Assembly: GCA_052034255.1 (NCBI GenBank)
Contig: JBPOIU010000020.1
Coordinates: 777 to 64,776, forward strand
Source of the DNA: Planctomycetota bacterium
GTDB taxonomy: Bacteria > Planctomycetota > B15-G4 > JADJEK01
Direction: 5' to 3'
DNA length: 64,000 bases
The notes under the pieces are model-generated. The model did no database searches. It was not told where the DNA came from and was given only the letters and a program-made list of their open reading frames with translations. Position numbers and translations under genes: made by a program. Below are positions 8,209 through 18,412 of the stretch, in pieces; position 1 is the stretch's first letter; each line of letters begins with the position of its first letter.

Positions 8209-10628
8209 GCCCCACCGCCGCGGCGGGCGCGCACGAAGAACAGCGCCAAGCCGGCCAAAGCGAGCATCAGGTACGTCTCGGGTTCCGGCGCCGCGGAGAT
8301 CTCGGCGGAGGCCGGCTCGGGCGCGCTCAACCCGAACCTCGGGTATTGCGCGTCGGTCTCGAGCACGACCGCTCCGGTGACCGGAGTCACGAGCCGCGCC
8401 GCGATGGCGAGCTTCTGCGCCTGCTCCACGTGATCCGCGCGCGTCGTCCCGAGGAGCCGCAGGACGTCGTCGTACACCGCGAGCCGTCGCCAGATGTCGG
8501 CGGCGTGCTCGACGCGCAGGCCCGTCGCGCGCGCGGCGTCGTCCGCGCGCGCACAGACGAGGCGCGCGGGGGCCCCGGCGGTCTCGACGTCGACGAACGC
8601 GCTGGCGAGCGCTTGCCCGACGTCGGCATCGACGCGCTCGTCGACGTCGAGACCGGCTTCGCGGAATCCGCGCAACACGGAGTCGGCGACCGCCGTCGTC
8701 GCGATCGACACCACGCGCGGAGCGCGCGACGCCAGATCGAGCGCGATCGCGAGCTGCGACTCACCCTCGAGGCTCATCGCTTGCGGCGCGTGGACCCACA
8801 CGATCCGGGCGTCGTCGCGTGGTCCGATCAGATCCAACGCCAACGTCAGCGCCGCCGCGTTGTCGCGACCACCGACGCAGGGCACGACGCGCAAGCGCTG
8901 CGTCGCCTCGCGCACGCGCGTCGGCAGCGCCGGCGAGATTCCGCCGGTCGTCAGGAGCTCGGGGCGATCCCCGGCGAGCACGATCGCGACGTCGAAGCGC
9001 GGATCGATCGCGTCGAGCGCGTCGGCCACGGCCCGCAGTCGACCGTCCATGCCGCGCGAAGCATCGATCACGACGACGAATGCCGACGCACCCGGCACCG
9101 CCGACGTCGCCGCCTTCGCACTCCACGTCACTCCGGAGTCGTCGTTCCACAGCCGTGCGCGCGTGGGCTCCACCACCGCGATGCGAGCCACCGTCGGTCG
9201 CGCGGCGAGATCCGCGTGCGTGAGCGCACCGGTGAGTCGATCCTCCGCGTCCGCGCGCAGCGCCGGCGACATGCGCGCGACACCGAGCGCGCCGGCGATC
9301 ACGACGCTGTGACGTACGGGCGCGAACCCGTCGGCCGCGACCGCGAAATCGCCCTTCTCGAAACAAGGCAGTGCGACGTCGGCGAGCCCGGTCGGATCCG
9401 GGCTCAACGCTCCGATCACGTGCAGACGCATGCGCATGCGCCCTTGCGGCGGAATCGGGAAACACGACAGACGCACGCGCCGCGGACCATCGGACACGAC
9501 CAGAGCCGGATCGCGGCCGCGCGCGGTGACCTCGCGATACGCGGTACTCACGTTGCTCCGCGTGCCGAACGCCGCCTCGCGCGGCTGGCCATCGACCCAC
9601 AACGTCAGCCCCCCGACCACCGCGCGCGCCGGCAACAGGATGGTTCCGATCGCTTCCGCCGGCCACATCCGTGGATTCTCGAACTCGATCTCCCAAGTGG
9701 TCACGATCGTCGCAGCGACGGGATCGACGTGCGTGTCGTACGCGGAGCGCTGGAGGCGCACGGCGCGCTCGTGCGTCGCGAATCCATCACGAAGGACGGG
9801 CGACGCGAACCTGCCGTCGACGTCGAAGTTCTCGTCGAACCCGAACCGGCTCCGCGGTCCACGCGGCAGAGGTAGCGATTCGCCGAAGGCTTGGAACACG
9901 ACCCTGCTCAGGCGCTCGTCGCCGTTCCATTCCGCGTCGGTCAGGCAATACGCGATCGGGTCCGTGGCCGGCCGCAGGCCCTCCTCGAACACGCGCGCGA
10001 CGACGTCCGCACTGGAGTAGCGGCGGAGTTGGTCGATCGCGACGGCCCGCGTCACGGGGGTCCCGGTCGTCGCCGCATGCAGGCGCACGCGGGTCCACGT
10101 CCCGAGCGGATCGGCGAACACCATGGCCAGCAAGCCGGCGGCGCACCACCCCACGCGCGCGGCGATCGGGAGCGCCGGGTCCTCGCGATGCAGACGCCGC
10201 AGCCAGCCGATCAGCGTCAGCAACACGATGAACGGGGACAGCGACAGGAATCCGAGCCCGATGGCCAAGATCGCGACCGCGCTGATCGGCAGCATCGGTG
10301 TGAAGTACGCGGCGAAGAACAGGGTCACGCCGAGGACGACATGGGCCGCCGCGTGCTGCCGCGCCAGCACGGCGGGCGCGGCCCGATCGCACACGACGAG
10401 CCACGTCATCAGCGCCGCGATCGACGCATAACCGACGACGTGCAGTGTGGAGCGCAGCGGATCGAAGAACATCTCGGCGCAGATGTTCGAGGTGAGCTCG
10501 ACGACCAGCGCGAGGATCGGCAGGACGACGCCGCAAAGTACGGTCCAACCATCGCGGGTCGCGGTGGATTGGCGGTGATCGGCGATCGGGACGGGGGGCA
10601 CGGCGGCATCGGACACGGCGTTCTCCAT
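8205..10628 (-). CDS. PEP-CTERM protein with N-terminal 4-TM region, VIT domain and vWA domain (resembles the 'XrtN system VIT domain protein' architecture)
   Basis: C-terminus PEPETYLMLALAGLALFFVRARRGGGA is a PEP motif plus TM helix plus basic tail, i.e. a canonical PEP-CTERM sorting signal. vWA-like FVVVIDASRGMDG. VIT-like region after four N-terminal TM helices. Confidence 0.7.
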   Translation of the reverse strand: MENAVSDAAVPPVPIADHRQSTATRDGWTVLCGVVLPILALVVELTSNICAEMFFDPLRSTLHVVGYASIAALMTWLVVCDRAAPAVLARQHAAAHVVLGVTLFFAAYFTPMLPISAVAILAIGLGFLSLSPFIVLLTLIGWLRRLHREDPALPIAARVGWCAAGLLAMVFADPLGTWTRVRLHAATTGTPVTRAVAIDQLRRYSSADVVARVFEEGLRPATDPIAYCLTDAEWNGDERLSRVVFQAFGESLPLPRGPRSRFGFDENFDVDGRFASPVLRDGFATHERAVRLQRSAYDTHVDPVAATIVTTWEIEFENPRMWPAEAIGTILLPARAVVGGLTLWVDGQPREAAFGTRSNVSTAYREVTARGRDPALVVSDGPRRVRLSCFPIPPQGRMRMRLHVIGALSPDPTGLADVALPCFEKGDFAVAADGFAPVRHSVVIAGALGVARMSPALRADAEDRLTGALTHADLAARPTVARIAVVEPTRARLWNDDSGVTWSAKAATSAVPGASAFVVVIDASRGMDGRLRAVADALDAIDPRFDVAIVLAGDRPELLTTGGISPALPTRVREATQRLRVVPCVGGRDNAAALTLALDLIGPRDDARIVWVHAPQAMSLEGESQLAIALDLASRAPRVVSIATTAVADSVLRGFREAGLDVDERVDADVGQALASAFVDVETAGAPARLVCARADDAARATGLRVEHAADIWRRLAVYDDVLRLLGTTRADHVEQAQKLAIAARLVTPVTGAVVLETDAQYPRFGLSAPEPASAEISAAPEPETYLMLALAGLALFFVRARRGGGA

Positions 10629-10757
10629 CGAGGACGCTCGAGACTTTACCGCATAAAGTTCACGTCTTCGTCAACCGCGTGTCACGAGGCATTCGGGATC
10701 TTCGGCCTGCTTCGCTACCGTTCCGCGCTTTCGTTCCTCGTGCTACGCCGCCCGATC

Positions 10758-11936
10758 ATGCGTTCCTTCCGCGAACTCGCCCATCTCCCGCGATCCCTCT
10801 GGATGCTCAGCGCGGCGATCCTCGTGAATCGCGCGGGCACCATGGCGTTGCCGCTTCTGGTGCTGTGGCTGACCGAGCGTCGCGGCTACACGACGGACGC
10901 GGCGTCGAACGTGATGATCGCCTATGGCGCGTTCGCGCTCGCGGGCAGTCTTGGGTCGGGCTTCGTCTGCGATCGCATCGGCATCAAGCCAGTGCTCGTC
11001 GGCTCGCTCGTCGGAATGGCCAGCGTGCTGTTCCTGCTCCCCGCCTGCCACGAGCCGTGGGCGCTGTACCTCGCCGTCGGCGCGTGGGCGGTGTGCGGCG
11101 AGGGCTTTCGACCGGCGAGCTTCGCGGCGATCGACGCGCTCGCGCCGCCCGACCGCCGGCAATTGGCATTCGCGTTCGCGCGCACCGCGGTCAACCTGGG
11201 CATGAGCTTCGGTCCGCTGACCGGCTCGTTCTTGGCGCAATGGCGCTTCGACCTGGTGTTCGTCGTGAACGCGGCGATGGCGGCGCTCGCCGCGGTGCTC
11301 TTCCTCCGCATTCCGCTGCCGCGCAAGACGGTGCCGACCACGGCCGCGACCGGTGCCTCCGATGGCCGACGCGATCGCCGTCTGCCGCTGGTGCTGACCG
11401 CCGCGTTCTTCACCGCGTTGGTGTTCTTCCAGATCGACTCGACGCTGCCGCTGTTCATCACGCGTGACCTCGGCCTCGCCAAGCCGTGGTTCGGCGGCGT
11501 CGTCGCGCTGAACACGCTGCTGATCGTGCTGATCGAGATCCCGCTGAACTACCGCACGTCCCATTGGCCGATCCGCCGCACGCTGACGCTGTCGACGGCG
11601 CTGATCGGGCTCGGCTTCGCGGGGTACGCGTTCGCCGGTGGTCCCGTCGGCCTCCTGCTCCCGACCGTCGTCTGGTCGGTCGGCGAGATGCTGTGCTTCC
11701 CGACCCAATCGGCGCTGATCGCCTCGCTGGCGCCTCCGGGACGCTCGGGCCGCACGATGAGCCTGTACGTGTTCATGTTCGGCCTGGCACTCCCGGTCGG
11801 CGCCGGCATCGGTCCGCGCGCCTACGAGCGCTTCGGCGCGAACTCGGTGTGGATCGGTTGCCTCGTGCTCGGTGGAATCGCGACGTGGTTGCTTTCGCGC
11901 ATTCGGACGGAACCGCGCCCGCCCGCAACGGCGTGA
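10758..11936 (+). CDS. MFS transporter
   Basis: 12-TM-like hydrophobic profile with MFS loop motifs. ATG at 10758. The 5' extension of the track ORF was rejected because it overlaps the divergent PEP-CTERM gene. Confidence 0.7.
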   Translation: MRSFRELAHLPRSLWMLSAAILVNRAGTMALPLLVLWLTERRGYTTDAASNVMIAYGAFALAGSLGSGFVCDRIGIKPVLVGSLVGMASVLFLLPACHEPWALYLAVGAWAVCGEGFRPASFAAIDALAPPDRRQLAFAFARTAVNLGMSFGPLTGSFLAQWRFDLVFVVNAAMAALAAVLFLRIPLPRKTVPTTAATGASDGRRDRRLPLVLTAAFFTALVFFQIDSTLPLFITRDLGLAKPWFGGVVALNTLLIVLIEIPLNYRTSHWPIRRTLTLSTALIGLGFAGYAFAGGPVGLLLPTVVWSVGEMLCFPTQSALIASLAPPGRSGRTMSLYVFMFGLALPVGAGIGPRAYERFGANSVWIGCLVLGGIATWLLSRIRTEPRPPATA

Positions 11937-11952
11937 CGCCGAGGAGTCGACG

Positions 11953-12879
11953 ATGAAGCGCGTCGCCGTGCTGACGGTCACGCACGACAGCCGCGCCGTG
12001 ATCGACGCGTACTGCGCCGGCATCGACGCGTTGCGCGCCGACGGCTCGGTCGACGTCGAATGCGTGGTCGTCGACCAAGACTCCCACGACGACACGGTGG
12101 CGCGCCTCCGCGGCGTGACGATCGTGCGCAATCCGCGGAACACGGGCTTCGCGCGCGGATGCATCGACGCGATCGGGGCGCTGCGGGACTGCGCCGATGC
12201 GTTGCTCTTCCTCAACCCCGACGTGGCGCTGCCCCCCGCCGCGCTGCGGACGCTGCTGCAGGCGCTCGCAGCCGACAGGACGTTGGCCGCCGTCACTCCA
12301 CTGTTGCGCGGAGCCGATGGCGTGCCGCGGGTCCCGGCCCGCCCACTGGTGCACAAGAGCGACGCGTGGAGTTTCCTCTCCGGCACGCGGCGCGCGCGAC
12401 AACGTCGCATCGATCGATGGAGCGACGCGCACACGATCACGCCGCTGCGCGATGCGTACGCCGAAGGCTCGTGCTTGCTCGTGCGCCGCACGGCGTACGA
12501 CGCGGTCGGCGGCTTCGATCCGCGGTTCTTCGTCTACTTCGAGGACGTCGATCTGTGTCGCCGACTCGAGGCCGCAGGCGGACGCCTCGCTTTGGTGCCG
12601 GACGCGGTGGCGATCGAAGCGGCGTGCAAGGGCTCGCGTGCGGCCCGCGACTCGAATGCGCCGGGCGCCGAGGAACTCGCGCGCTACCTGCTGTTCCTCG
12701 ATGCCGAGGTCACGTACTTCGCGAAGTGGTACGGCGTGGAGTTCGCGCGCTTCGCGGCATGGATGCGCCGGACGCTGGCTCTGCGCCTGCAGCGCCGACG
12801 CCTCGTCGAACGGTTCGGATCCGCGACCGCGATCGAAGCCTGCGCTCGCGTCCTGCGCGAGGCCGTGGCTCGTCTGTAG
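11953..12879 (+). CDS. family 2 glycosyltransferase
   Basis: MKRVAVLTVTHDS...VVVDQDSHDDT...YFEDVDLCRRL (GT2 DxD and ED motifs). GAGGAG RBS 5 nt upstream of the ATG. Confidence 0.7.
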   Translation: MKRVAVLTVTHDSRAVIDAYCAGIDALRADGSVDVECVVVDQDSHDDTVARLRGVTIVRNPRNTGFARGCIDAIGALRDCADALLFLNPDVALPPAALRTLLQALAADRTLAAVTPLLRGADGVPRVPARPLVHKSDAWSFLSGTRRARQRRIDRWSDAHTITPLRDAYAEGSCLLVRRTAYDAVGGFDPRFFVYFEDVDLCRRLEAAGGRLALVPDAVAIEAACKGSRAARDSNAPGAEELARYLLFLDAEVTYFAKWYGVEFARFAAWMRRTLALRLQRRRLVERFGSATAIEACARVLREAVARL

Positions 12880-12894
12880 TCCGGAGCACGCGCA

Positions 12895-13617
12895 TCACGC
12901 GATGCGCACACCGGCGCGGACCACGACGTCCGACCCTTCCGCGATCAGTACGGAGCACGGCGGTCGCGCGAGCGCCGCACCCAGCGCGGCGCCGTAGAGC
13001 GCCGAGGCATCGACGTCGATCGTCGCGTCGCGCGCGGTCCACGTGCGCCAGCGCGGATGCTCGACCTGGTACTCATGCGTCGAGCCGTCGCGCCGTCGCG
13101 TGTAGCCCCAATAGTGCTCGGTGATGAATGCGGGCTCCTCGCCGTCGACGACCAAGGTCGGCGCGCCCTGTCGCCGCGCGGCGACGCGATCCCAGTGGCC
13201 GCGGTGCTTCCACGCGTAATCGACGCCGTCGGGCGTGATCCGATGCCGCGTCGGCAACGCCACGTACGGTTCGTCGTAGACGACGCGCGCGACCAGCGCG
13301 ATCGCGACGCGTGGCACGATTTCCTTCACGAACACGACGCCACGGCGCACGACGCCATCGACCGTGCGGCGGACGTAGAACCGCAGGTTGATCTCGTCGA
13401 AGTCGGTGTGGAACGGGATCGCGAGCCCCTTCAACCGCGTCTTCAGGAAACGAAACGCCACGAGGCTGACGACGTGGCGGCCTTGCCACGGATCGAGTTC
13501 GACTCCGCGCGGGACCAGCGGCGCGAGGACGGCTTCGTCGACGTCGTATTGGACGAGCACGAGGTCGCGCCAGGCGGCGCTCAGGAACACGGGGTGTTTG
13601 TGCGCGGAGTCGACCAT
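12895..13617 (-). CDS. DUF2071-like (YqjF-like) protein
   Basis: WRDLVLVQYDVDEAVLAPLVP...GRHVVSLVAFRF pattern. Start at internal Met with AGGGGA upstream. Convergent with the GT2 gene. Confidence 0.5.
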   Translation of the reverse strand: MVDSAHKHPVFLSAAWRDLVLVQYDVDEAVLAPLVPRGVELDPWQGRHVVSLVAFRFLKTRLKGLAIPFHTDFDEINLRFYVRRTVDGVVRRGVVFVKEIVPRVAIALVARVVYDEPYVALPTRHRITPDGVDYAWKHRGHWDRVAARRQGAPTLVVDGEEPAFITEHYWGYTRRRDGSTHEYQVEHPRWRTWTARDATIDVDASALYGAALGAALARPPCSVLIAEGSDVVVRAGVRIA

Positions 13618-13747
13618 CGGGATCCCCTGCGCGACCAAACTACCGCGGGATCGATCGGCAGCGGCCGCGAGCCAGCGGCGCGAAATGTCGCGGAGATGAA
13701 CGAACGCGCTGCTCCACGCGGGCGGACGGGAAACTACGATCCCGGCG

Positions 13748-14536
13748 ATGGGGCATGAACTCGCCATCGACACCAAGGGCCTCGCCAAGAACTACGGCGG
13801 CTTCGCGGCACTGTCGGGCATCGACCTCGAGGTCCGTCCCGGCGAAGTCCTCGGCTACATCGGGCCGAACGGATCCGGCAAGAGCACGACCGTCAAGATC
13901 CTCACCGGCCTGCTGCCGGCGTTCGACGGCGAGGCGCGCGTCGCGGGCTTCGACGTGCGCATGGCGCCGATCGAAGTGAAACGCCGCATCGGCTACGTGC
14001 CGGAGCAAGCGCAGCTCTACGACGCGCTGACGCCCCTCGAACTACTGACCTTCGTCGGCCGCATGCACGACCTCGACGAGCGCCATGCGCGCGCGCGCGG
14101 TTCCGCGCTACTCGAAGCGTTCGGCCTCCAGGACCGCACGCATTTGCGCATCGGCAGCCTGTCGAAAGGCATGAAGCAGAAGGTGCTGTTTTGCACCGCG
14201 CTGCTGCACGATCCGGCCGTGCTGTTCCTCGACGAGCCGCTGTCGGGACTCGACGTCAACGCGGTCATCCTGGCCAAGGAGTTGATCCGCCAACTCGCCG
14301 ACGCGGGCAAGGCGGTGTTCTATTGCTCGCACGTCATGGACGTCGTCGAACGCGTCTGCGATCGCATCGTGTTGATCGCGCACGGGGCCGTCGTCGCGCA
14401 GGGCACGTTCGCCGAATTGGCGCAGCGCGCGGACGAGACGCGGCTCGAAGCCGTGTTCTCGCAGTTGACCGGCGGCGGCGGCGAGGCCGAGCAAGCGCGC
14501 CGCATCGTCTCGGTCCTGCGCGAGACCGCGCCGTGA
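13748..14536 (+). CDS. ABC transporter ATP-binding protein
   Basis: Walker A GPNGSGKST, ABC signature LSKGMKQK, Walker B LFLDEP. Confidence 0.9.
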   Translation: MGHELAIDTKGLAKNYGGFAALSGIDLEVRPGEVLGYIGPNGSGKSTTVKILTGLLPAFDGEARVAGFDVRMAPIEVKRRIGYVPEQAQLYDALTPLELLTFVGRMHDLDERHARARGSALLEAFGLQDRTHLRIGSLSKGMKQKVLFCTALLHDPAVLFLDEPLSGLDVNAVILAKELIRQLADAGKAVFYCSHVMDVVERVCDRIVLIAHGAVVAQGTFAELAQRADETRLEAVFSQLTGGGGEAEQARRIVSVLRETAP

Positions 14537-16197
14537 CCGCGAGCGGTCCACCGACTCGACCATCGAAGCGCGATGCCGGGCCGCGGTCGCGACCGCCATG
14601 GATCGCGCGGTTCGCGCTCACGACGCTGCGACGCCTCGCGCCGCTGTTCCGTCCGTTTCGCATCGAGCCGGGGAAGCTCATGGCGTTGCTCGAGCTGCGA
14701 TTCGCTCTCGACGCACGTGCAACGCGTTCGTTGGCGGAAGGTCGCACGGGCGTCACGCTGGGACAGATGCTGCTCGGCGCACTGTTCGTCGCGTTGTTCA
14801 CGACGATGGTCGTGCTCGTGGCGCCGACGGCGGGCATTGCCGTCGGGGTCGTCGCGGCCGCACTGTGGCTCGCGATTCCGACGATGCTGCTCGGGGCCTG
14901 GCTCGACGTGTTGCTCGATGGCGCGGCCGAGTCCGTGATCGCGCCGACCCCGATCGGCGATCGCACGATGCTCGCGGCGCGGCTGCTGTTCCTCGCGACG
15001 TACGCCACGGCGACCGTCGGCTCGATCGTCGCGTTGCCGCTCGCCGCCGGTTCCATCCGGCACGGCGTCTGGCCATTCCTCCCGATCGGCATCGTCGCCA
15101 CCGTGAGCTCGAGCATCGCCGCGGTGCTGGTCTTGCTGCTCGTGTTCCTCGTGCTCGCGCGCCTCGTCCCTGGCGATCGATTCCGCGTTTGGGCCCTGCG
15201 CACTCAATTCGCGACCGCGATCGCGTTCCCGTTGGCTTGGCAGATCGTGCCGCGTTTGCTGTCGAGGATCGACGGGTCGGCGCCGCACTGGGTCTTGATG
15301 GCGCTGCCGCCGTGTTGGCCCGCCGGGCTCGCCTCGTGGTGTGCCGGCGAAGACGTTCCCTTGCGCGGCCTGCGGGTCACGTTGACGTTCGCGTTCCCCC
15401 TGGTCTTGTTCGTCCTGGCGCTCGCGCTCGCGAATCGCCGCTTCGCTGCGGCGACGTCGTCGCCGCAAACCGAGTCCCACCAGCCCGCGCCGTTCCGCGC
15501 GAATTCATTGACCCGCCTGGTCTCCCACATCTGTTCGGACGCCGACGAACGCGCGGGATTCGAGTTCGCTCGCGTGCTGACGCTGCGCGAACGCTCGTAC
15601 GTGGTCCAAACGATGCCGGGCACGATCATGGCCCTCGTCCTATTCGGAGCCTCGGTGTTCGTCGTGGATCGCGACGTCCTCACGACGCCGCAGTGGGCTC
15701 TCATCGGTGTCCTGCCGCTGCTGCTCGCGATCCCTTTGCCCGTCGGTCTGTGGACCACGCGCGCGACCGAATCGCCCGACGCCGCGTGGATCCGGGACAT
15801 CGCGCCGCACGCCGACGATCGCCCGATACGGTCCGGGATGTTCAAGCTCCTGCTCGTGCGCTGGTGCGTGATCCCGAGCCTGATCGCATTCGTGGCCTGC
15901 GCCGCGATCGCCGCTTGGCGCGGCGCACTGTTCTCCGCGGCCGCCGCGCTCGTCGCGTTCCATGTCGACGTGTTCGCGTGCAAGCTGCTCGACGTCCATC
16001 GACCGTTCCGCGCGCCGTATTCGACCGAGAAGCTGGGCAACGGCGCGCCGTCGCTCGTGTTCATGCTGCACACACTGCTCGTGCTCGGCGTGGGCTTCGG
16101 GTTGATCGCGGCGCATCGCTCGCCGATCGTCCTCGCGGTCGCCGGCGTAGTCCTCGTCGCGCTCGCTCCGCTGCGTTGGCGAGCGCTGCGGTCGTGA
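14533..16197 (+). CDS. polytopic membrane protein, putative ABC-2-type permease partner
   Basis: GTG start overlaps the ATPase stop (GTGA). About 554 aa with many hydrophobic helices. No soluble domain recognised. Confidence 0.5.
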   Translation: MTASGPPTRPSKRDAGPRSRPPWIARFALTTLRRLAPLFRPFRIEPGKLMALLELRFALDARATRSLAEGRTGVTLGQMLLGALFVALFTTMVVLVAPTAGIAVGVVAAALWLAIPTMLLGAWLDVLLDGAAESVIAPTPIGDRTMLAARLLFLATYATATVGSIVALPLAAGSIRHGVWPFLPIGIVATVSSSIAAVLVLLLVFLVLARLVPGDRFRVWALRTQFATAIAFPLAWQIVPRLLSRIDGSAPHWVLMALPPCWPAGLASWCAGEDVPLRGLRVTLTFAFPLVLFVLALALANRRFAAATSSPQTESHQPAPFRANSLTRLVSHICSDADERAGFEFARVLTLRERSYVVQTMPGTIMALVLFGASVFVVDRDVLTTPQWALIGVLPLLLAIPLPVGLWTTRATESPDAAWIRDIAPHADDRPIRSGMFKLLLVRWCVIPSLIAFVACAAIAAWRGALFSAAAALVAFHVDVFACKLLDVHRPFRAPYSTEKLGNGAPSLVFMLHTLLVLGVGFGLIAAHRSPIVLAVAGVVLVALAPLRWRALRS

Positions 16198-16237
16198 CGC
16201 ACGGGAGCGCCACGACCGCAGCGGGTTCGACGGCGGA

Positions 16238-16795
16238 TCAGGCCGGGACGAACGGCAGCTTCGCGACCGGCACCGTCGCGCCGCTGATCGAGAGGTTGCC
16301 GTAGAACCACTTGTTGCCGTCGAGCGTGCTGTCGTCGATCGCTTCGCCGCCGAGCGTCGCGAGCTTGGCCGATTTCAACACGCCTTGCGCGTCCTTCTTC
16401 AAGGTCAGGCGACACGTGACGAAGCCCTCGACCTTCGCGCCGGGCATCGGCAAGTCGACCGACACCCACCAGTCGGACGCCAGCACCTCGTCGGCGCCGA
16501 ACGTCGATCCGGTGTCGGAGAAGGTCTCCGACCACGTGCCGTTCGCGCTCTTCGTCCACACCGAGTACGTGTATTTGTCGTCCTGCTCGTCCCACGCGAA
16601 GTGCATGTAGAACGTCTGCGTGACCTTCGCCTTCGCGACCGTGCCGAGCCCCGGCGTCATCGCGACCCCGCTGGCCTTGACCTTCATCTTCATCCAAGCG
16701 CCGTCGAGGGCTTGCCCCGACGCGTCGGATGCGACTCCGAGCGCACACGCGAGCGCCAACAGAACGACCGCGACACAGCGACGTAGGACGAACAT
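16238..16795 (-). CDS. small secreted hypothetical protein
   Basis: Signal peptide MFVLRRCVAVVLLALACALGVA. Balanced composition. No recognised domain. Confidence 0.5.
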   Translation of the reverse strand: MFVLRRCVAVVLLALACALGVASDASGQALDGAWMKMKVKASGVAMTPGLGTVAKAKVTQTFYMHFAWDEQDDKYTYSVWTKSANGTWSETFSDTGSTFGADEVLASDWWVSVDLPMPGAKVEGFVTCRLTLKKDAQGVLKSAKLATLGGEAIDDSTLDGNKWFYGNLSISGATVPVAKLPFVPA

Positions 16796-16933
16796 GCTCG
16801 ACTCCTTGGGTGAGGATCGCCGCCCAGCACGCCACGCGCGCGAACGGTCGATCGAAGGCAGAAGAGGTTCATCCGGACGCCGAATCCGGCGTCACGCGAG
16901 CTCGCGATTTTTGTTGGGGACGATCCGACCGCT

Positions 16934-18412
16934 TCAGGCGAGCAGCGCGGGGATCACCTTGCCGGCGACGTCGGTCAGGCGGTAGTCGCGGCCTTGATGC
17001 TTGTAGATCAGCCGTGTGTGGTCGAAGCCGAGCAGGTGCAGCATCGTCGCGTGGAGGTCGTGGACCTCGACCGGGTTCTCGACGATGTTGTACGAGTAGT
17101 CGTCGGTCTTCCCGTACGTGATGCCGGGCTTGATGCCGCCGCCGGCGAGCCACACGGTGAAACAGCGCGGATGGTGATCGCGCCCGTAATTCGTCTTCGA
17201 CAGTTCGCCCTGGCTGTAGACCGTGCGGCCGAACTCGCCGGCCCACAACACCAGCGTGTCGTCGAGCAGGCCGCGGCGCTTCAGATCGCGCAACAGCGCG
17301 CCCTGCGCGCGATCGACCGCGCCGCATTGCGCGCGCATCTCGTTGGGCAGGTTGTTGTGCGCGTCCCAACCGCGCATGTAGAGCTGGATGAAGCGGACTC
17401 CGCGCTCCGCCATGCGCCGCGCCAGCAGACAGTTCGCCGCGAACGAGCCCGGCTTCTTCACGTCCTCGCCGTACATCGCGAGCGTCGCCTCGTCCTCGTC
17501 GGAGAAGTCGACGAGGTCCGGCACCGACATCTGCATACGGAACGCCATCTCCTGTTGCGCCAGACGTGCGGCCGTTTCGGGATCGTTCGTGCGGTCCTGT
17601 TCGACGCCGTCGAGTTGCGCCACGAGGTCCAGCATGCGGCGACGATCGGCGCGCGAGACGCCGTTCGGATCGCGCAAGAACAACACCGGATCGGCACCCG
17701 CGCGCAGCCGGCAACCCTGGTGCTCGCTCGGCAGGAAGCCGGAACCCCAGAAGCGCGCCGACAACGCTTGCATGTTGCCGATGCCTTGCGTGATCAGCAC
17801 GACGAACGTCGGCAGGTTCTTGTTCATGCTGCCGAGGCCGTAGCCGACCCACGAACCGAACGACGGCCGCCCCGGCTGCTGATTGCCGGTTTGGAAGAAC
17901 GTGATGCCGGGCTCGTGGTTGATCGCGTCGGTGTGCATCGAGTGGATGAAGCACAACTCGTTCGCCAGCGACGCCGTGTGCGGGATCAACTCGGACAGCC
18001 AGACGCCGTCCTGCTGGTTCGCATAGCGCTGGAAGCGAAACGCCGTCGGAGCCACCGGGAACCGCGACTGTCCCGACGTCATGCCGGTCAAGCGCTGGCC
18101 TTGGCGAATCGAGTCCGGGAGATCCTGGTTGAAGCGTTCGACCAGCGTCGGCTTGTGGTCGTAGAGGTCGAGCTGGCTCGGCGCGCCTTCCATGTGGAAG
18201 TAGATCACGCGCTTCGCCTTGCTCCGATGGTGCGGACCGAGGACCGGGGCCGCCTGCTCGCGCGCGAACGCACTGCCGCCGCACAACTCGGCGAACGCAG
18301 CCGCACCGAGCGCGGACGACGCCGTGCGCAGCGTGTTCGAGAAGAACCGTCGACGCGTGAGCTTCAGTCCATCGTCGAACGCGGATTCGGAGCCTGGGTT
18401 CATCCGGTTCAT
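16934..18412 (-). CDS. DUF1501 domain protein (sulfatase-like fold) with Tat signal
   Basis: TRRRFF twin-arginine motif and the alkaline-phosphatase-like core typical of DUF1501. ATG at 18412 overlaps the upstream PSCyt gene stop (ATGA). Confidence 0.8.
   Translation of the reverse strand: MNRMNPGSESAFDDGLKLTRRRFFSNTLRTASSALGAAAFAELCGGSAFAREQAAPVLGPHHRSKAKRVIYFHMEGAPSQLDLYDHKPTLVERFNQDLPDSIRQGQRLTGMTSGQSRFPVAPTAFRFQRYANQQDGVWLSELIPHTASLANELCFIHSMHTDAINHEPGITFFQTGNQQPGRPSFGSWVGYGLGSMNKNLPTFVVLITQGIGNMQALSARFWGSGFLPSEHQGCRLRAGADPVLFLRDPNGVSRADRRRMLDLVAQLDGVEQDRTNDPETAARLAQQEMAFRMQMSVPDLVDFSDEDEATLAMYGEDVKKPGSFAANCLLARRMAERGVRFIQLYMRGWDAHNNLPNEMRAQCGAVDRAQGALLRDLKRRGLLDDTLVLWAGEFGRTVYSQGELSKTNYGRDHHPRCFTVWLAGGGIKPGITYGKTDDYSYNIVENPVEVHDLHATMLHLLGFDHTRLIYKHQGRDYRLTDVAGKVIPALLA

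Noticed and set aside
9891-10757. 5' extension of the MFS transporter ORF (681-aa version)
   Set aside because: Overlaps the divergent PEP-CTERM gene. Arg/Asp-rich with no TM helices. The MFS fold begins at ATG 10758.
14191-14532. 5' extension of the membrane-protein ORF into the ABC ATPase gene
   Set aside because: Lies inside the ATPase coding sequence in another frame. The GTG 14533 start overlaps the ATPase stop (GTGA).
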